Below, piece by piece: positions 41,190 through 56,604 of a stretch of 64,000 bases of DNA. Numbering within the stretch: the stretch's first letter is position 1; every line of letters starts with the position of its first letter. The translations under genes and the position numbers were made by a program. The notes under the pieces are model-generated. The model was not told where the DNA came from. It did not search any database and saw only the letters and a program-made list of their open reading frames with translations. Source of the DNA: Octopus vulgaris (taxonomy: Eukaryota); the NCBI GenBank assembly GCA_951406725.2, contig OX597828.1:31744001-31808000 (forward strand). Direction: 5' to 3'.

Positions 41190-44095
41190 TATATATCTCT
41201 ATGTATCTTTAACAGTATCATTAAATACTGTTTTCTCGTTCTGCGGCATATTACTCTGTAATATGTAAATGAGAGAATGCAGTTCACTGCATTAAATATT
41301 ATGAAGTATCTATGATATGCTATGAAGTATCTTACCATAGCAAAATGATATTCGTTTATAAACATTGTATGCTTGATTTCGATCCATTGTTAAGATTTTT
41401 AAGCGGTTATACATATTTCCAGTAATCTGAAATAGCATTGTCTCGATGGAAAAGCGCCAAATGTATAAATTCATGAATAATTCTATGTAGCTCTTTCCAG
41501 AGAGCGTTCAATTTCTGAATTAAAATTAAGACATGTAACAATCCTCAAATTAGAAATGATGGCAAGTGTAAATATTGCTGTAATAAAAGCTGTTCAGTCA
41601 TAACAGTTACACATTCGGCAGACTATGTGGACACTGTATTCCATCTCATGTATCAAAACCTGCGAAATCCAAATTCAAAATTTGACAGTTGATTATAAAT
41701 TTCCTATAATATTTCTTCAAAAAATATCCTCAGGGACGAAAAGTTGAAATATTTTTTTTTTAACATGTTACGTACTTTATAAATGGAAAACTTTACAATA
41801 TATTGACTGAATTATATATCTTTTAATTTTATAATTCGTTATTCTTCTTTCTGTTGAGTCAACCTAGGTATTGACAAAATTCTGAAACAGCCATTGTTAT
41901 AGTCTTAAGATTTCGTTTTGTTATCTTTAATGACCGATGTAAAATTGCAAAGCCATGCTATGAAAGTATTCGTGCATAAAATCCTGGTCATTGCTGGTTT
42001 TCTAAGAAACACAGCATTAGCTCTTTTATTCTTGATCAATGATATACAAATAGTACGTGATGGAACCCGCTGGTCTGTTTCCGTTTTCGTGTCGACGCAG
42101 TTGATTTTACGTTTTAGTTACTTTTATTAATTTCAATTAACGTGGAACTTCGGAATCTCTTTGTCAATATTTCCGAAGAACAGGTACATGAGACACTAAA
42201 CGTCTATGCCTTTCTCCTATAACTTCAAAATGGCTTTAACTTATTGAATCACAAGGAAATTTTAGTTTTCACGTGAATGCTTTGGCACTCATTATGCTAC
42301 ATGTAGTAGGATTTTCAGACCAATATAACTAAATTAAATCATTCATATTTGTATACATCATACGTATAATCTTTACACTTCGAAGATTTTAACTTAAAAT
42401 AAATACAAAGCATAAAACTGGTTACGGGTCAAATATTATCTTTTAAACCACAGCACTTGGTAGTTCAAGAGCTAAATTTATCCGTTGTAACTGACATATT
42501 TATGGAAATTTACATTCATCCTCGTTTAACATATTCAATGTCTCTATTTCTTCTATCAAAACTGACGTCTCTTTTACATTCATGTTTAAAATCATTTACA
42601 GAGATGAAGCGATTTTTCCTTTGAGATTTTAACTGTTATTCGCGCTAATTGTTGTCCAAATTGTGTGTTTTAAACGGCGATGTTTTTTTCTTTTAAAGTT
42701 TTGGGAAATGTCTAAATTAAAGTGATTAGTGAAAATTAGTATGTATCATGTTATTATATCAAGTTATGCATTATTAAATAAATAACTTTGTGTTGGAAAA
42801 TTTAGTCAAATATATTATGCGTCTAAAATTTCGATCAAGCCTAACACTATATCATGTGACATATGAAAGAATTAACTTTCTCAGTAGGAATTGTTTATGC
42901 ACTATACAATTATCAATGTTAATGATACGAAAACACCTCCCAAGAGGCGTAATTGCATCTGCTTTCAGTCGAAAAACTGTGCCAATGCGACACTTAATGT
43001 TACCTATGCTATTACTAAAATCACTAGATACAAGTACAAGAAATCGTTTCCAGAATGCAAGTATAGTATTTTCAGTAACAAGAAATGATTGAAGCAACTA
43101 AAATTTTGCATAGCATGATTGAAATTATCTTGAAATGCTAGGCTTGGGTAAAGTGGTCATGATCGGCAACATAAATGAAATATGATGCCTCAGTAATGAC
43201 ATCGCTGTGGCAACAGGAAGACGAAGTGCCAAGAGAAATATTTCCTGGGGAAAAATTCCCGGGAGAAAGACAAGGGCGCAACGACAAGAGCTTCAATAAT
43301 GACTTACATGCCAAACCTTTAATGCACGTTCAATGAAGCAGAATACTAGAAAGCTATATGTACCAATGAGAAATATTATGTACTACAGTAAAAGCCTCCC
43401 AAAACAATAAGTGAGAGAAAGCTTTACATCAGGTGTTTTCAGCATAAACAAGAGTACAATGAAATCAAACCCTCTCCATTTGTCACACGATAAATCTCTA
43501 ACTTAATGGTGTAGATATATGAACCTTAACATCAGAAAGAGGAAGGAATTTGTGGTCATTTGAGGAGAAAAAGAAAACTTGAATGTTCAGCTTAGGTTTA
43601 CCTGGAATAAAGAAAACAAGTAGATAACTGAACGGATTGGATGTTGCCTGATTACTTTCATAACAAGTCACTTTTGCAGAAGTAGGGAAATCATTGGACA
43701 AAACTCACCGTTCAACTCTGAACATCCATGGCTAAATTAAATAAGCAATGTAATCGGCAAACATTCGGCCACTTTCGATCGCTCTCAGATGTTAATATGC
43801 AGTGAGGGACTACAAACAAAATCCCCAAACGGCACGTTAAGGCTTATTTACCAGAGTACAACATCAACGGCGGGAAGCTACAGATATCAGAACATATATC
43901 GCCAAGTATACATATAGATATTATTCATACATAAACCGAGAAACAATGTTTGGGTAATCTGATCGTACAAAAAAAGGCGACTGAAACTTACTACGTTTGC
44001 GAATGGAATGTGTAACAAGTTGAATTAAAATACATGTGTGTGGCAGCACTTAGATATGCGGGAACGCGCATACTTATATAGAATCATAATGTATA

Positions 44096-44271
44096 GGCGC
44101 AAAAGTGGTTGTGGATTAAGTAGTTGTCTTCCCAGCCAGATGGATTCTAGTTCGCTCCCACTGCCTGAACCTTGGGCCAGTGTATTCTACTATAGGCTCG
44201 AGCAGACTGAAGCCATGTGAGTTCGTTTAATAGAGGGAAACGGAAAGAATCCCGTTGTGTGTGTATGTATG

Positions 44272-44362
<91 letters not shown>

Positions 44363-44505
44363 GTGTGTGTGTATCTCAAAAGAGACCAGTAGAACATATA
44401 CTAGGCTTAAAAAGAATAAATCCTGGGGTCGAATAGTTGACCGAATGCTTTTAAGGCGGGACTCCTGCATTGCCGTTATCACTTGACTAAAGCAAACCAA
44501 AAGCA
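44096..44505 (+). mobile_element. tRNA-derived SINE family B with internal (TA)/(TG) tract and decayed 3' tail
   Basis: ggcgcaaaagtggttgtggattaagtag...tagttcgctcccactg...ccttgggccagtgt; tail cctggggtcga...aaggcgggactcctgcattgccg similar to 49355-49417. Confidence 0.65.
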
Positions 44506-44733
44506 TATATGAGTGTGTGTATGTGTGGTATGCACTTAAGTGAAGCCTTGCTTTTGTAGAACAATGAAGCGTGGGTTCTATACTATCCATGCTAATTTTC
44601 ACCATGCTTACATCCGTAATGTGGTAGTACTTTATACTCATTAAAATATAAAATCTATAGAACATGTAATTGTAGTAGTCACTGCTTATCTGAAAGAAGT
44701 AATTACAACTACAGATACGCTTATAAGCATATT

Positions 44734-46322
44734 CGACAAAACAATGACTGGCTAGTGTGAATTTGAATTATATATATAATATGAAAAATCTGGTTGGTAT
44801 TTTTATGGGGTTATTTGTACCTTACCTAGTAACAGCTTTAATATTATACACAACGTCTAAATTTAAAAAGCAACTATATACGAGTGCATTAATACACACG
44901 AACGGTTTACCATGCTAGCAAACACACACTCAACGCAAACACATACAAAATATAACTATACGACAAAACAATGACTGGCTAGTGTGAATTTGAATTATAT
45001 ATATAATACGAAAAATCTGGTTGGTATTTTTATGGGGTTATTTGTACCTTACCTAGTAACAGCTTTAATATTATACACAACGTCTAAATTTAAAAAGCAA
45101 CTATATACGAGTGCATTAATACACACGAACGGTTTACCATGCTAGCAAACACACACTCAACGCAAACACATACAAAATATAACTATACGACAAAACAATG
45201 ACTGGCTAGTGTGAATTTGAATTATATATATAATACGAAAAATCTGGTTGGTATTTTTATGGGGTTATTTGTACCTTACCTAGTAACAGCTTTAATATTA
45301 TACACAACGTCTAAATTTAAAAAGCAACTATATACGAGTGCATTAATACACACGAACGGTTTACCATGCTAGCAAACACACACTCAACGCAAACACATAC
45401 AAAATATAACTATACGACAAAACAATGACTGGCTAGTGTGAATTTGAATTATATATATAATACGAAAAATCTGGTTGGTATTTTTATGGGGTTATTTGTA
45501 CCTTACCTAGTAACAGCTTTAATATTATACACAACGTCTAAATTTAAAAAGCAACTATATACGAGTGCATTAATACACACGAACGGTTTACCATGCTAGC
45601 AAACACACACTCAACGCAAACACATACAAAATATAACTATACGACAAAACAATGACTGGCTAGTGTGAATTTGAATTATATATATAATACGAAAAATCTG
45701 GTTGGTATTTTTATGGGGTTATTTGTACCTTACCTAGTAACAGCTTTAATATTATACACAACGTCTAAATTTAAAAAGCAACTATATACGAGTGCATTAA
45801 TACACACGAACGGTTTACCATGCTAGCAAACACACACTCAACGCAAACACATACAAAATATAACTATACGACAAAACAATGACTGGCTAGTGTGAATTTG
45901 AATTATATATATAATACGAAAAATCTGGTTGGTATTTTTATGGGGTTATTTGTACCTTACCTAGTAACAGCTTTAATATTATACACAACGTCTAAATTTA
46001 AAAAGCAACTATATACGAGTGCATTAATACACACGAACGGTTTACCATGCTAGCAAACACACACTCAACGCAAACACATACAAAATATAACTATACGACA
46101 AAACAATGACTGGCTAGTGTGAATTTGAATTATATATATAATACGAAAAATCTGGTTGGTATTTTTATGGGGTTATTTGTACCTTACCTAGTAACAGCTT
46201 TAATATTATACACAACGTCTAAATTTAAAAAGCAACTATATACGAGTGCATTAATACACACGAACGGTTTACCATGCCTGCAAACACACACTCAACGCAA
46301 ACACATACAAAATATAACTATA
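44734..46322. repeat. Tandem array of seven 227-bp units, near-identical
   Basis: Unit starts (cgacaaaacaatgactggctag) at 44734, 44961, 45188, 45415, 45642, 45869 and 46096. Confidence 0.98.
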
Positions 46323-48949
46323 CGGATACATTATCGTGGATATCTCGACTTGTGTATGTATATGTATGTCTATTGGTGTATGCGTGCATATAAATAAATC
46401 ATCGCTTTATGCATTGTTTTTTTTATGTATTACAGGAATGAAGGTTTTTGTTTTGCGTTTATTAGTTTTATTTATTTCTCATTCCTGCACAATTTATCAA
46501 GTATTATCTGATTAGATACGTTTGCTTGTTATTTTTTTTCTTTTCCGAATGGAAATTTCTGAGGGTTTTAAGGTATTCCTCTTCTTTTGAATATTTTACG
46601 CATGGCTAGTGAGAATTAACGACTTTCGGAAAAATAAAATATTGGAAGTAAGTCTGTGCCATTTATAGAAATAAGTCTAATCAAATGAGACGAATGAAAC
46701 AATTCGAAAATAATAGTAAAAACGTAAGGAAAAAGGACAACAACAGCAACAACATTTTAAAAATTCAACAATGAAAACCCGAACAACAAGCACATCGAAA
46801 ATAGCTCGGAATGTAAAGTTGCACTGTCATCAATCAAAGAAAGATAGAGTTATCTTTCGAAGCGAACAGATACAGCCGCAGAATAGAATCTGAAGAAGGA
46901 GTAGAGAGACGGATCCATCTGTTACAAAAACTGAAACGGGTGATAGGCTTTGGCATTAAAACTATATTATTATTATTACAAGTAAAAAAAAATATTAAGG
47001 AATGATGGTTTATTTAAAATTATCAACAAAGCAATATATAATTTGATTTTTGATTTGATTTTGTTTAATCGGCTAACAATATATTCTTCTATGATGAATA
47101 TATAAGTAACCCCCACCTGCTATTTGAAATTTATCTCATTCATTAAATATAAATAAAAGTGCCAAAGGAAAACAAGCAAATATTAATGTATTGAATAAAC
47201 TATGATGTCATAATAATGAAAGTAATATTAATAGCAATAAGTACAAGTATTTTAATTTTAATAATGATTACTAATGACCCAAAATACAAGAATAAATGTG
47301 TAAGATATGAACCCAAGATACAAGAATAACTTTGTAAGAGAAACGATCTAAACTGCAGAATATATTCTTGTATGTGGATGGTTCTGTGAATTAAGAAGCT
47401 TTTTCAACAGCTGCCGAAAAAATTTCATCGTGTGGCTACTCCCATTAAGGCATGATTTATTTACTAAAACAACAGACAATGACATCCGCAGAAACGACTT
47501 CAACAATGGAAACCCGAACAACAAGCACATCCAAAATAGCACGAAATGTAAAGATACACTTTATAAACAGCATACTTCCTAATGAATACGTATATAAATT
47601 GATATTTGTGGAACTTTGACATCAATTCACGAAACGCTAATATATAATCCTTGATATAGATGTTTGTGATAGGAAAGTATAACATGAATATTCACTGGAT
47701 TTAGATGCCCTACAAATCTCATAATCTTATCCAGAATCTGCAGAAAGTGCATATATGGACAACTACTTAGCAAATTACAGTTCATCTACCCAAAATATAA
47801 AATTCTATCAATATAAAATTTTATCGGGATACTTGGATATATCTTCTGAAAAATGCTAGTGTGTTTACGCACGAAAGAGACTCGTTAATTCACATTTAAT
47901 ATTTGTAACTCGAATAGGAAGAATATGCAAATTTTCTAGAGTTGAACAGTTAAAAAATATCACTGTTGCTATGAAGCTTACAACGAAGGAGTCATGCATT
48001 TGCTGGTAACCATCTCTTTCCTTGGATGTATTCTTGTAATCAAAAGTAATAAAGCATATTTACACATAAGCGCGCGAATATACAAACCTAGGATGATGAT
48101 GATTGTAAAATATTTCCCACGTGGGAGGTATATAAAGTATCGTAAAACAAATTAACAGTTTGGTGAATTGTTAGAATTAACCCAGCAGCTCAGAGATGTT
48201 ATCCCGTTAACCTGGTAGAACCAATTTCTACGCAGACCTCCTTAGATTTTTTGAATTACCCGATAATCGTCAAACCATAATCTTCCTTTATTTTCCAATA
48301 TATAATACACTCCTATTGTCTTCTCCATCAACAACGCCCTCTCTGTTCTCACTTAGAAAAAACATTTGGTTGTTTCTCCAGCTACAGACAACTATATAAC
48401 ATTCGGAAATCTAGCAGCTATTCGTGATGTGATTCACATGCTATTATGCAGCATTACTCTTCTTTTTTCCCTTCGATTTTCTTAATCTCCATCACTGTTC
48501 GCCATATTCCACTATCTCTGAACAGATATAAAAAAATAAACAATTTTTAAACAGTATTGCGTTATTTTTTGTACCAATATGTATAGTAAAATCTGAAAGT
48601 AATAAAAAATGTGTTATTTTTTGATAAATAAAAAAATTTAAGAAGGAATCTATAAAGAAATAGGAAGTATGATACATAAAGGAAGCTTTGTTAATCACTT
48701 CTAAATTCATAGAAATTCGAATTTCGTATCTTTCGGACGAGTCGTTGCCAACATGTTAAAATTATCAAACCACCTCAGTGGAGATGACGCTATCTTCTGA
48801 AATCCGCCAGAAGCTATTATATCGTAGCATGGCAAATGTAGTTGGTTGTAAACACTGACTATACAATTATCAATTGAATACCTCCTCAGCTTCACATGCG
48901 TTTTAAATTTGTACAAGTGACATCACATAAATCCTGGAAGAGTTCTTGA

Positions 48950-49417
48950 GACGACATGAAACATTTTAGCGACATTCCATCCGTCTTTACGTCCTGAGTT
49001 CCAGTTCCGCCGAGGTTGACTTTCACTTTCATTTTACTGCGGTCGATAAAATAGTATCAGTGGAGTATTGATGTCGATGTAATCAACTTATCCCATTCCT
49101 CGAACACGCTAGGTTTGCCTCACAATTTCAAACCAATATAATTCCATCATTAAGGATGGGAGCTGGCAGAATCGATAACACGCTGGGCGAAATTCTTAGC
49201 GATATTTCGTTCGTCTTTACGCTCTGATTTCGAATTCTGTGACAACATTTACTTCACCTTCTATCATTTCGGGGTCGATAGAATAAGACGAATACTGGGT
49301 CTGATATAACCGACTTCCCCTTCCGCGAGTACCTCGGGAAATATAATTTGATGAACATACGGTGCTCCAGCATGGCCGCAGTCAAATGACTGAAACAAGT
49401 AAAAGAGTAAAAGAGTA
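48950..49417 (+). mobile_element. Two adjacent SINE family A copies plus a SINE/LINE-type 3' tail
   Basis: Repeated ttagcgac/gatatt..cgtctttacg..ctga..ttc....cggtcgataaaat modules. Tail ggtgctccagcatggccgcagtcaaatgactgaaacaagtaaaagagtaaaagag. Confidence 0.75.
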
Positions 49418-51420
49418 TACAGCTAGGGTCGTGACAAATGTCCTAAAATTCGAGCGACATGCGTGCTAATTTCTGGACGTGCATAAACCACATTCACGTA
49501 CACACACACACATCCTGGTTTTTATAGATATACATATATATATGTACATATGCGTGTGTGTCTGCATATTCGCTTATATTAGAGCGTATACGTACGCATA
49601 TATGCTGTGCAGGTTGTGCATGGCATAGAGTGGTGAGACGGTGTCTGTAATGATGTAAACGCGTATATGTACGCTCTGTGTTTACGCATGTATTCTGCGT
49701 GCTGTATCAAATATTTGAGTAGTCTGTTTAATTTACTACGGACGTCTATTCTGATTGACGTCACTTCTCTTAATTACGTACAAAATATGTTGAAGCAATG
49801 TAATGATACAGTTATTATTACTAGAAATGTAAATAGTAATATCGATTTATTCTGCAAGCATCAGACCAATATTTACAAAGAAGGATGAAATCGATTATAT
49901 CGACCGTCATGTATAGTCAACTGTAATCATCTCCAGAGGGACTTGAATGTCTAACCTCAAAGGAAATTGAACACGTACGGTAAAGACGAAAAACAAAGCG
50001 TGTATTCCGTAAGACAGACAATTCCTCATATTTTAAAATATAATGTAAAAGCCACTATTTTTAATCTGTCATGTACACAGTCTACATCTAAAATTAATGT
50101 TTAAACTAGAAAAAATATATTGTATGGTTTTGTTACGGTGGTTTATCATGAGCAGATAGTTCACAAAATCATACGATAACATAATGTTCTATTTTGTGCT
50201 TTCTAAATTATGAAAATATTTAATGGGCATATGTTAATCAAGAACAAATACAGATCACATGATAGTAGTGTAATTCTCCCACTATTAAATAAATAGGGAT
50301 ATGTTTTACATTTTGCTGATAAAAATATTTCATTTATATTCAAACTTTTCTATAACTTACGGAGAAATTACCGGCATTTCATGGAGAATAAACTAGATAC
50401 TAGACACTTATCCTTCGAAATTTACCTTCAGCTGCGCATGTAAATAATTAGTATAAAAATATAAACAAATTGGTTCTTATTCCGTCCTAGGATTACATTT
50501 CCTGCCATCTCTTATGAAGTAGAATTTTATCATAGTAGCCGTATATTTTTAAGACCATATTAGTGTAGTTGCAGAAATGCATAAGCTAAGAACGTGTAGA
50601 TGATACAAATAAAGATTCCTGTTCTCCATATTTAATCGACCATAGCCTTTCAATGCATTTATGATCATTTAGTAATCCATTAATTGTAAACTTATAGTGA
50701 CGTACTTATCTGCATGACATGCAGTGCATATGTATGTATACGTACACGAACAGCGCGCGCAGTCATTCGCACGCACACACACACTCATCTATTTGTATGT
50801 AACTTCATAACGTCTAAAATTTTTGAGATACAAATTTGTACCAGAAGGAATATATTTCGGTTGCTGCAACGTATCATATTTGATATAAGATTTATTAAGA
50901 CAGAGAAAATATGCCAGAATCCAATTTCTGATTTTAAGTCATTATCATTGAATAGAATATTCACATACTCCATCAATTTATTTGCATTATTTCGTAAATG
51001 AATCTGGCTGTAGTTATCTATCATTTCTAATTAATGTACCTTGCAGAAGGATTCCTTATATTTATTTATTGCCAATTTAAGCAATTTTCATACATTTTCT
51101 CATCTTCATTCATTCCTTTCCTTCTTGTGTTCCTGAAATATTAGCTAAATAATACGGTATGTTCTTTAAATTGGGCTTATATCCCCATGCAGTTCATTCC
51201 AGGAATTAATGATGTTATTAGTTCATATTTCTAAACATAGTCAGAGATATACTCTATTCTTTAATTCCCTGGTCTTGAGAATCATGAGGCATCTGCTGCG
51301 CTTCTAATAGTGCAATTCTGGCAAGAATGTTTCGTTATAGCTCCGGGTTAAACGAATCGAAGAAAGAGTACATGACGATTAATATTAACACCTGGTGTCC
51401 TGGCAAAAGTAAAGCAGCTA

Positions 51421-51790
51421 TCCAGGATTGATAACTTCACTTACCTTGGATCCATTGTAACTGATATATCTCACAACTCAAGCAATGTCAACTTAGACAG
51501 GAGAGTAGCATGTGAAGCTAGTTCGTCTGATATCAGCCTAAGAGCGAAAATAAAACTGTACAAAAGTCTATATCTTCCGATATTTTTACTTATTAATGCA
51601 AGGCAGTTAATAAATACAAATCGGCAAAGGGCCATAATAAACATTTTTCACGCAAGAAACCTCAAGAAATTATTTGAGATACCCCATAACGACTACGTTT
51701 CCAATGATGCATTATACCAACAGACTGCTGAAAAGTAAATGGTTGCAAAGATAAAGGAACGCCGACGGAGATGGATTGGTCAGCAACCTA
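51421..51790 (+). pseudogene. RTE-clade LINE reverse transcriptase C-terminal relic
   Basis: IDNFTYLGSIVTD; ISLRAKIKLYKSL; INIFHARNLKKLFEIPHNDYVSNDALYQQT; IKERRRRWIG, with stops and frameshifts. Confidence 0.8.
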
Positions 51791-53544
51791 ATAAATGCCA
51801 TCAACAGTGCCTTCTCCTTAATGCCATACAAATGTAGAATGCGCGAGAGGAGATGACCAATAATGATTTACTACCTTGTGATTTATGTAGACTGCGTGGG
51901 ATGTTGTTCAATGAAATACTTCAAGAGGATAAAGATGAAAACAGCGGGATGTCTTAAGAAACCATACCTGCCAATGACTGGTCATACACATCTTTCTCTA
52001 TCATTCACGTCGCATATATGGACGCTCAATGAAACCGGTTTATCCATATGTTCATTTTCATCTCCCAGAGAGTCTCCTTAAGTCTATATGTGTACATATA
52101 CACTAAATATTTTAACGCTTATAAATAAATCTGTTACAAGAACCAGCAATTACTATATATTCTCTTTATTTACAATTCGTATTTGTTTCCTCATACAGTA
52201 TCATTATTGACGTTTTAAATATACATTTTTAAAATAATTCTTTAGCCATTTATGAATACATTCTATGTAAATTTTATTACCAATTTATTTAGCTAAAATA
52301 GATGAACGTACAAGAAATTGAAAAATTCGTGAGGCTTCTTCATCTATGTTTCATTTTATGGCGAGTTCGGCTATTTACGCTATTTTCTAAAGGAACACAT
52401 TCTAAACATAGACAACTAAAGCTGATGTAAAATTATCTTTATATTTTAATGTGTTAAATACATTAGTTTTAATTGTATTAACATTTGGATAAATACAAAT
52501 CTAAATTATCGATAAAGATTAAAATAAATATAAGTGTAGAAACATCATAGTGAGTGACATACTTAAGACAGAGCATAATATTTTGAACGTAGCCATATAC
52601 GTGTAAGCAGAATGGCATGGAGTACATTTCGCTGATAGAAAATATAGTGATATGCCAATAACCTAACCAGTATTTACGCTCGGTGAAGCATTTATTAATT
52701 CCTCTGTATAAAGTCTGATAGGTTTTGTTCATTTAGAGAGACATTTGGCATGAAGGCCAGACTTAAATGCAATGTAACGCAATAAAATGATTCAATTGCA
52801 CTGCCATCAAAACTGGCTTTATTTCATCTAAAAGGCTTTCTGAATAAGCATGCATATTACTTTAAATATTTTCAGCAGCCATGAGCTAGCATGAAAGTAT
52901 TTAAAATTATAGTGCAATTAGCCATAACTTGCTGCAGTCAGCTGTATGATTTCCTGTCGTTTCGAATCATTACAGAATTATAAATTGGCTTCGTGATCTT
53001 AGATAGAAATGATTGCTGTTCAAAGAGTAAAATGCATAGCATCGCATGTACTAGTTATAACTTCGATTTTATCGCGAGATAATTAAAATCATTTTAAATA
53101 TATGTAACTTAAACTGAAAGGCAGGCGAATTGAGATAAAATATGGTTCACATTTCTGAATAACTTCAATACTTTTAACACTTGTATGCATGCATCCAAGC
53201 ATATTGCAGAAATTTCCCATTTCCATATTTCGCTATATAAATAATTTCCGTGAATGTTCTTAGTTATATGAATAGTGATAATAAAAAGTACTGGCGTATA
53301 TTCGAACGTGTAGCACGAGGGTTGACTGTCAGGCATGCATAAACATGTAAGTGACAATATTAGTCTAGAACGTGCACATAACAATTCATTTCGCTTAAAA
53401 ATTCCTAAAATTAAAATGACATGTAATGTAGGGCACATATAAAATGCAAATGAATTATACAAATCTACGGAAATAAAACATAGTATTATGTATGTATGTA
53501 TGTATGCATGTATGTATGTATGTATGTATGTATGAATGTATACA

Positions 53545-53845
53545 TGAAGGCGCATGGCTCAGTAGTTTGAGCGTCGAGCTTACGATCGTGAGTGTGTGAG
53601 CTCGAATCCTGGACCGGGGTGAGTGTTGTGTTCTTGAGCAAGACACTTTATTTCACGTTGCTCCAGTTCACTTAGCTGATTCGGCTGCTGTCATTCCCTT
53701 GGATAACACTTTTGGCATGGAGAGGGGAGGCCGGCATGCATGGGCGACTGCTGGTCATCCATAAAACCACCCTGCTCAGACTTGCGACTAGGAGGGTAAC
53801 TTTCTAGGTGCAATCCCATGGTCAGTGTCGTGACCGAAGGGGACT
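53545..53845 (+). mobile_element. tRNA-derived SINE family C, internally deleted
   Basis: tgaaggcgcatggctcagtagtttgagcgtcgagcttacgatcgtgag...ctcgaatcctgg; matches the reverse complement of 36972-37315. Confidence 0.9.
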
Positions 53846-54129
53846 CCGACCAACCGACCAATATATGTATGCATGTATGCATGCATGCATGAATGTATGT
53901 AAAAATGTATGTATGTAGGTATCTCTCTATATATATCTTTTTTTTTATCGCAGGTTTTCATGTGGTGTGTGTAATTAGCGATTAATACCGAAGGTTTTCA
54001 CTTTGTAATCGAACTCACATCTATAGCGTTCGGTTCTAGAATCCATTTGTATGTCTCTAAAGAGTTTCCAATGTATTTCATTAATCTTACGAAATGCACA
54101 GTCAATAGATAATTCACATCTCTTACCCT

Positions 54130-54410
54130 GCGAAGGCACGTGGCTTAGTGGATAAGAGTATTCTACGCGCAAGCGTATGGTCTTCAGTTAAACTAACGGT
54201 GATGCGTTGTGTCCTTGAGCAAGTCATTTTGTTTCATGTTTATTCAGTTCCCACAGCTGGTCAAAATGAGTTGCACATTTATTTAAAAGCGCCAGGCTTG
54301 TCACATTTTGCGTCATGCAGAATCCCACTGTGATTTCATGAGCAGGCTCTTCCGCTTATCAGATCAACGAGAATCCTCTTCTTCGTAACCGACAATGTCA
54401 CAGTTCTTAC
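54130..54410 (+). mobile_element. Older SINE with family-C-like head and core
   Basis: gaaggcacgtggcttagtgg...gttgtgtccttgagcaag...cagttcccacagctg. Confidence 0.55.
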
Positions 54411-54783
54411 GCTGCCGAGGAAAATTACGTTATTATGAGGACCTCCATAGAAAATTTTGTGACCTAACTAATTTTGTCTTCATCTTTTTCTCATAATTTT
54501 AGTTTAATATCTCTAATCGCTATAAGGTAAGGCACCCAGATAACTTCTAGAGCTTATATTTTCAACCGTCTTTTTTGTTTTTTACTTACATTTTCCCCGT
54601 ATTAACAATTTTATTTTCATCTTCATTTCCTTGCCACATTTCAAGATACTCTTGTTAGGATGACATTTTGAATTATTGTATGCCTAAGCCCTCGTGCACA
54701 CTCAAATATATATGCGTATGAGCGTGTGTGTGTGTGTCTGCGTGGGTCTACATGTGTTTGCGCGCACATACACAATACATATG

Positions 54784-54842
<59 letters not shown>

Positions 54843-55528
54843 TACAACAAGTTTTTTGTTTATGTTTGACAAAGTACATATAATTATTTATAAAATTTTC
54901 TGAAGTGAATATGTTTATTCTATGAATGATGTGGTGTCCTGAATATCTACTACGCATATAAATGTGTCTAGTGAGGGAGTCTATTAGATGTATAAGTCAC
55001 ACATAGAACATAATCTTCTCATAATCGACATCCCAAAACTTACTCCTTGTGATAGACAAAGCAGAGGGAGGTGTCATAATTGAAATTTCGGAGTATAACA
55101 TATTTCTTGTGCATGCAAGGAAGAATATTTCATACGTACACATACTCGAGACGTTTTCCGTTGTTGTTATAATATTTAAATATTTCAAAATACAGAGATC
55201 TCGTTTGCTCCACTATCCTCTATATTTGCATGCTCTAGCCATGATACTCCAGTTTACTTTGGGAGTTATTGACGCCTTCCTCAGATTGGCAAATATTGTG
55301 TCTCTTGTGTTCGTCTAGGAAGGCAGTGTATACGGCTCCCTGCTGGTGTTTCCAATCATTCCCTTATACATTTGTTCTTCAGTTCAACTCCATTACACTG
55401 CCTTTGTACACTCGATTATTTTCTAAACATCTAGTGTTCAGAGGACAATCATATGCATACCTAGATTTACAGGATATTGAAGAATATTCTAATGTTGCTA
55501 TACACACGCGCAGACGCAAACACACAAC

Positions 55529-55633
<105 letters not shown>

Positions 55634-56494
55634 ATATCAAACTTTAGAGACAAAAAAGTTACTACTCTACCTATGCTTTGTTAACTGATTTAAAATTTCT
55701 TGGACGTACAGTAAAATACATACACTACAAGTGATTACTTTTCATAATCATTCACAAAGGAAGGATGTTTTGAAGTGGATGTGCACAAAATATAGAGATT
55801 ACAAAAATTACTTATATTACGCTGATATTGAAGATCAGGCAGAAAAATTTAAATGAAAATGGGACAAGATGGCATTCAGACAAGGCTAAATATAAAGCAT
55901 GAAGGTTTTTATTGAACAATGCCATATTTGAGAACTTTTATAAAAGGAGATTTAAATAAACGATGAGTTACCATAAATAACAAATTGTTAAGCCATCCTA
56001 TATGGTATTAGTTCGATGCGATTTCCGATAATAAAAACACACACTAAAATAATGAATTATAGAGAAAAAAACCCAACAAAATTGCTCTGTAGAAAATCCA
56101 AAATATTGATTTAACTGCGCATGGATAATTTTGTATACGCAGAGAATAGACTCATTGGATAGAGCTGTATCCTGAGAAATAAAGCATATTCCCTTTTAAG
56201 TTAGCCGCTAAGAATTTTGCCCGCCGTGCTAAAAATTCTGACAATTTTTCTTAACGCGCATGTATCATATTCTTATTATAATATACAGCCTAAATAGATT
56301 TGCACTATATTTAGAGTCAGCTGATATTTTGAGACTGATGCAGTATTTGTGTGATGTCTATAGAATTATGCACATACAGTTTTTAATATTTACGTAAATG
56401 GTAGAAGCAGTTATTTAAAATATACTATCGCTTTTAGATAATGCCTGAAGTACAATTTGCTAGTTGTTACTTATGCTTCACTACACACACACAG

Positions 56495-56601
<107 letters not shown>

Positions 56602-56604
56602 TAT

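Noticed and set aside
44734-46322. Tandem array as CRISPR array, retrozyme or coding repeat (ORF 46119..46397)
   Set aside because: No unique spacers, eukaryotic context, and no hammerhead core found. The ORF is open only in the last unit because of the tag-to-ctg variant.
55000-55460. Weak RT-like trace (AVYTAFLD) on the minus strand
   Set aside because: A single short motif with no corroborating neighbours.
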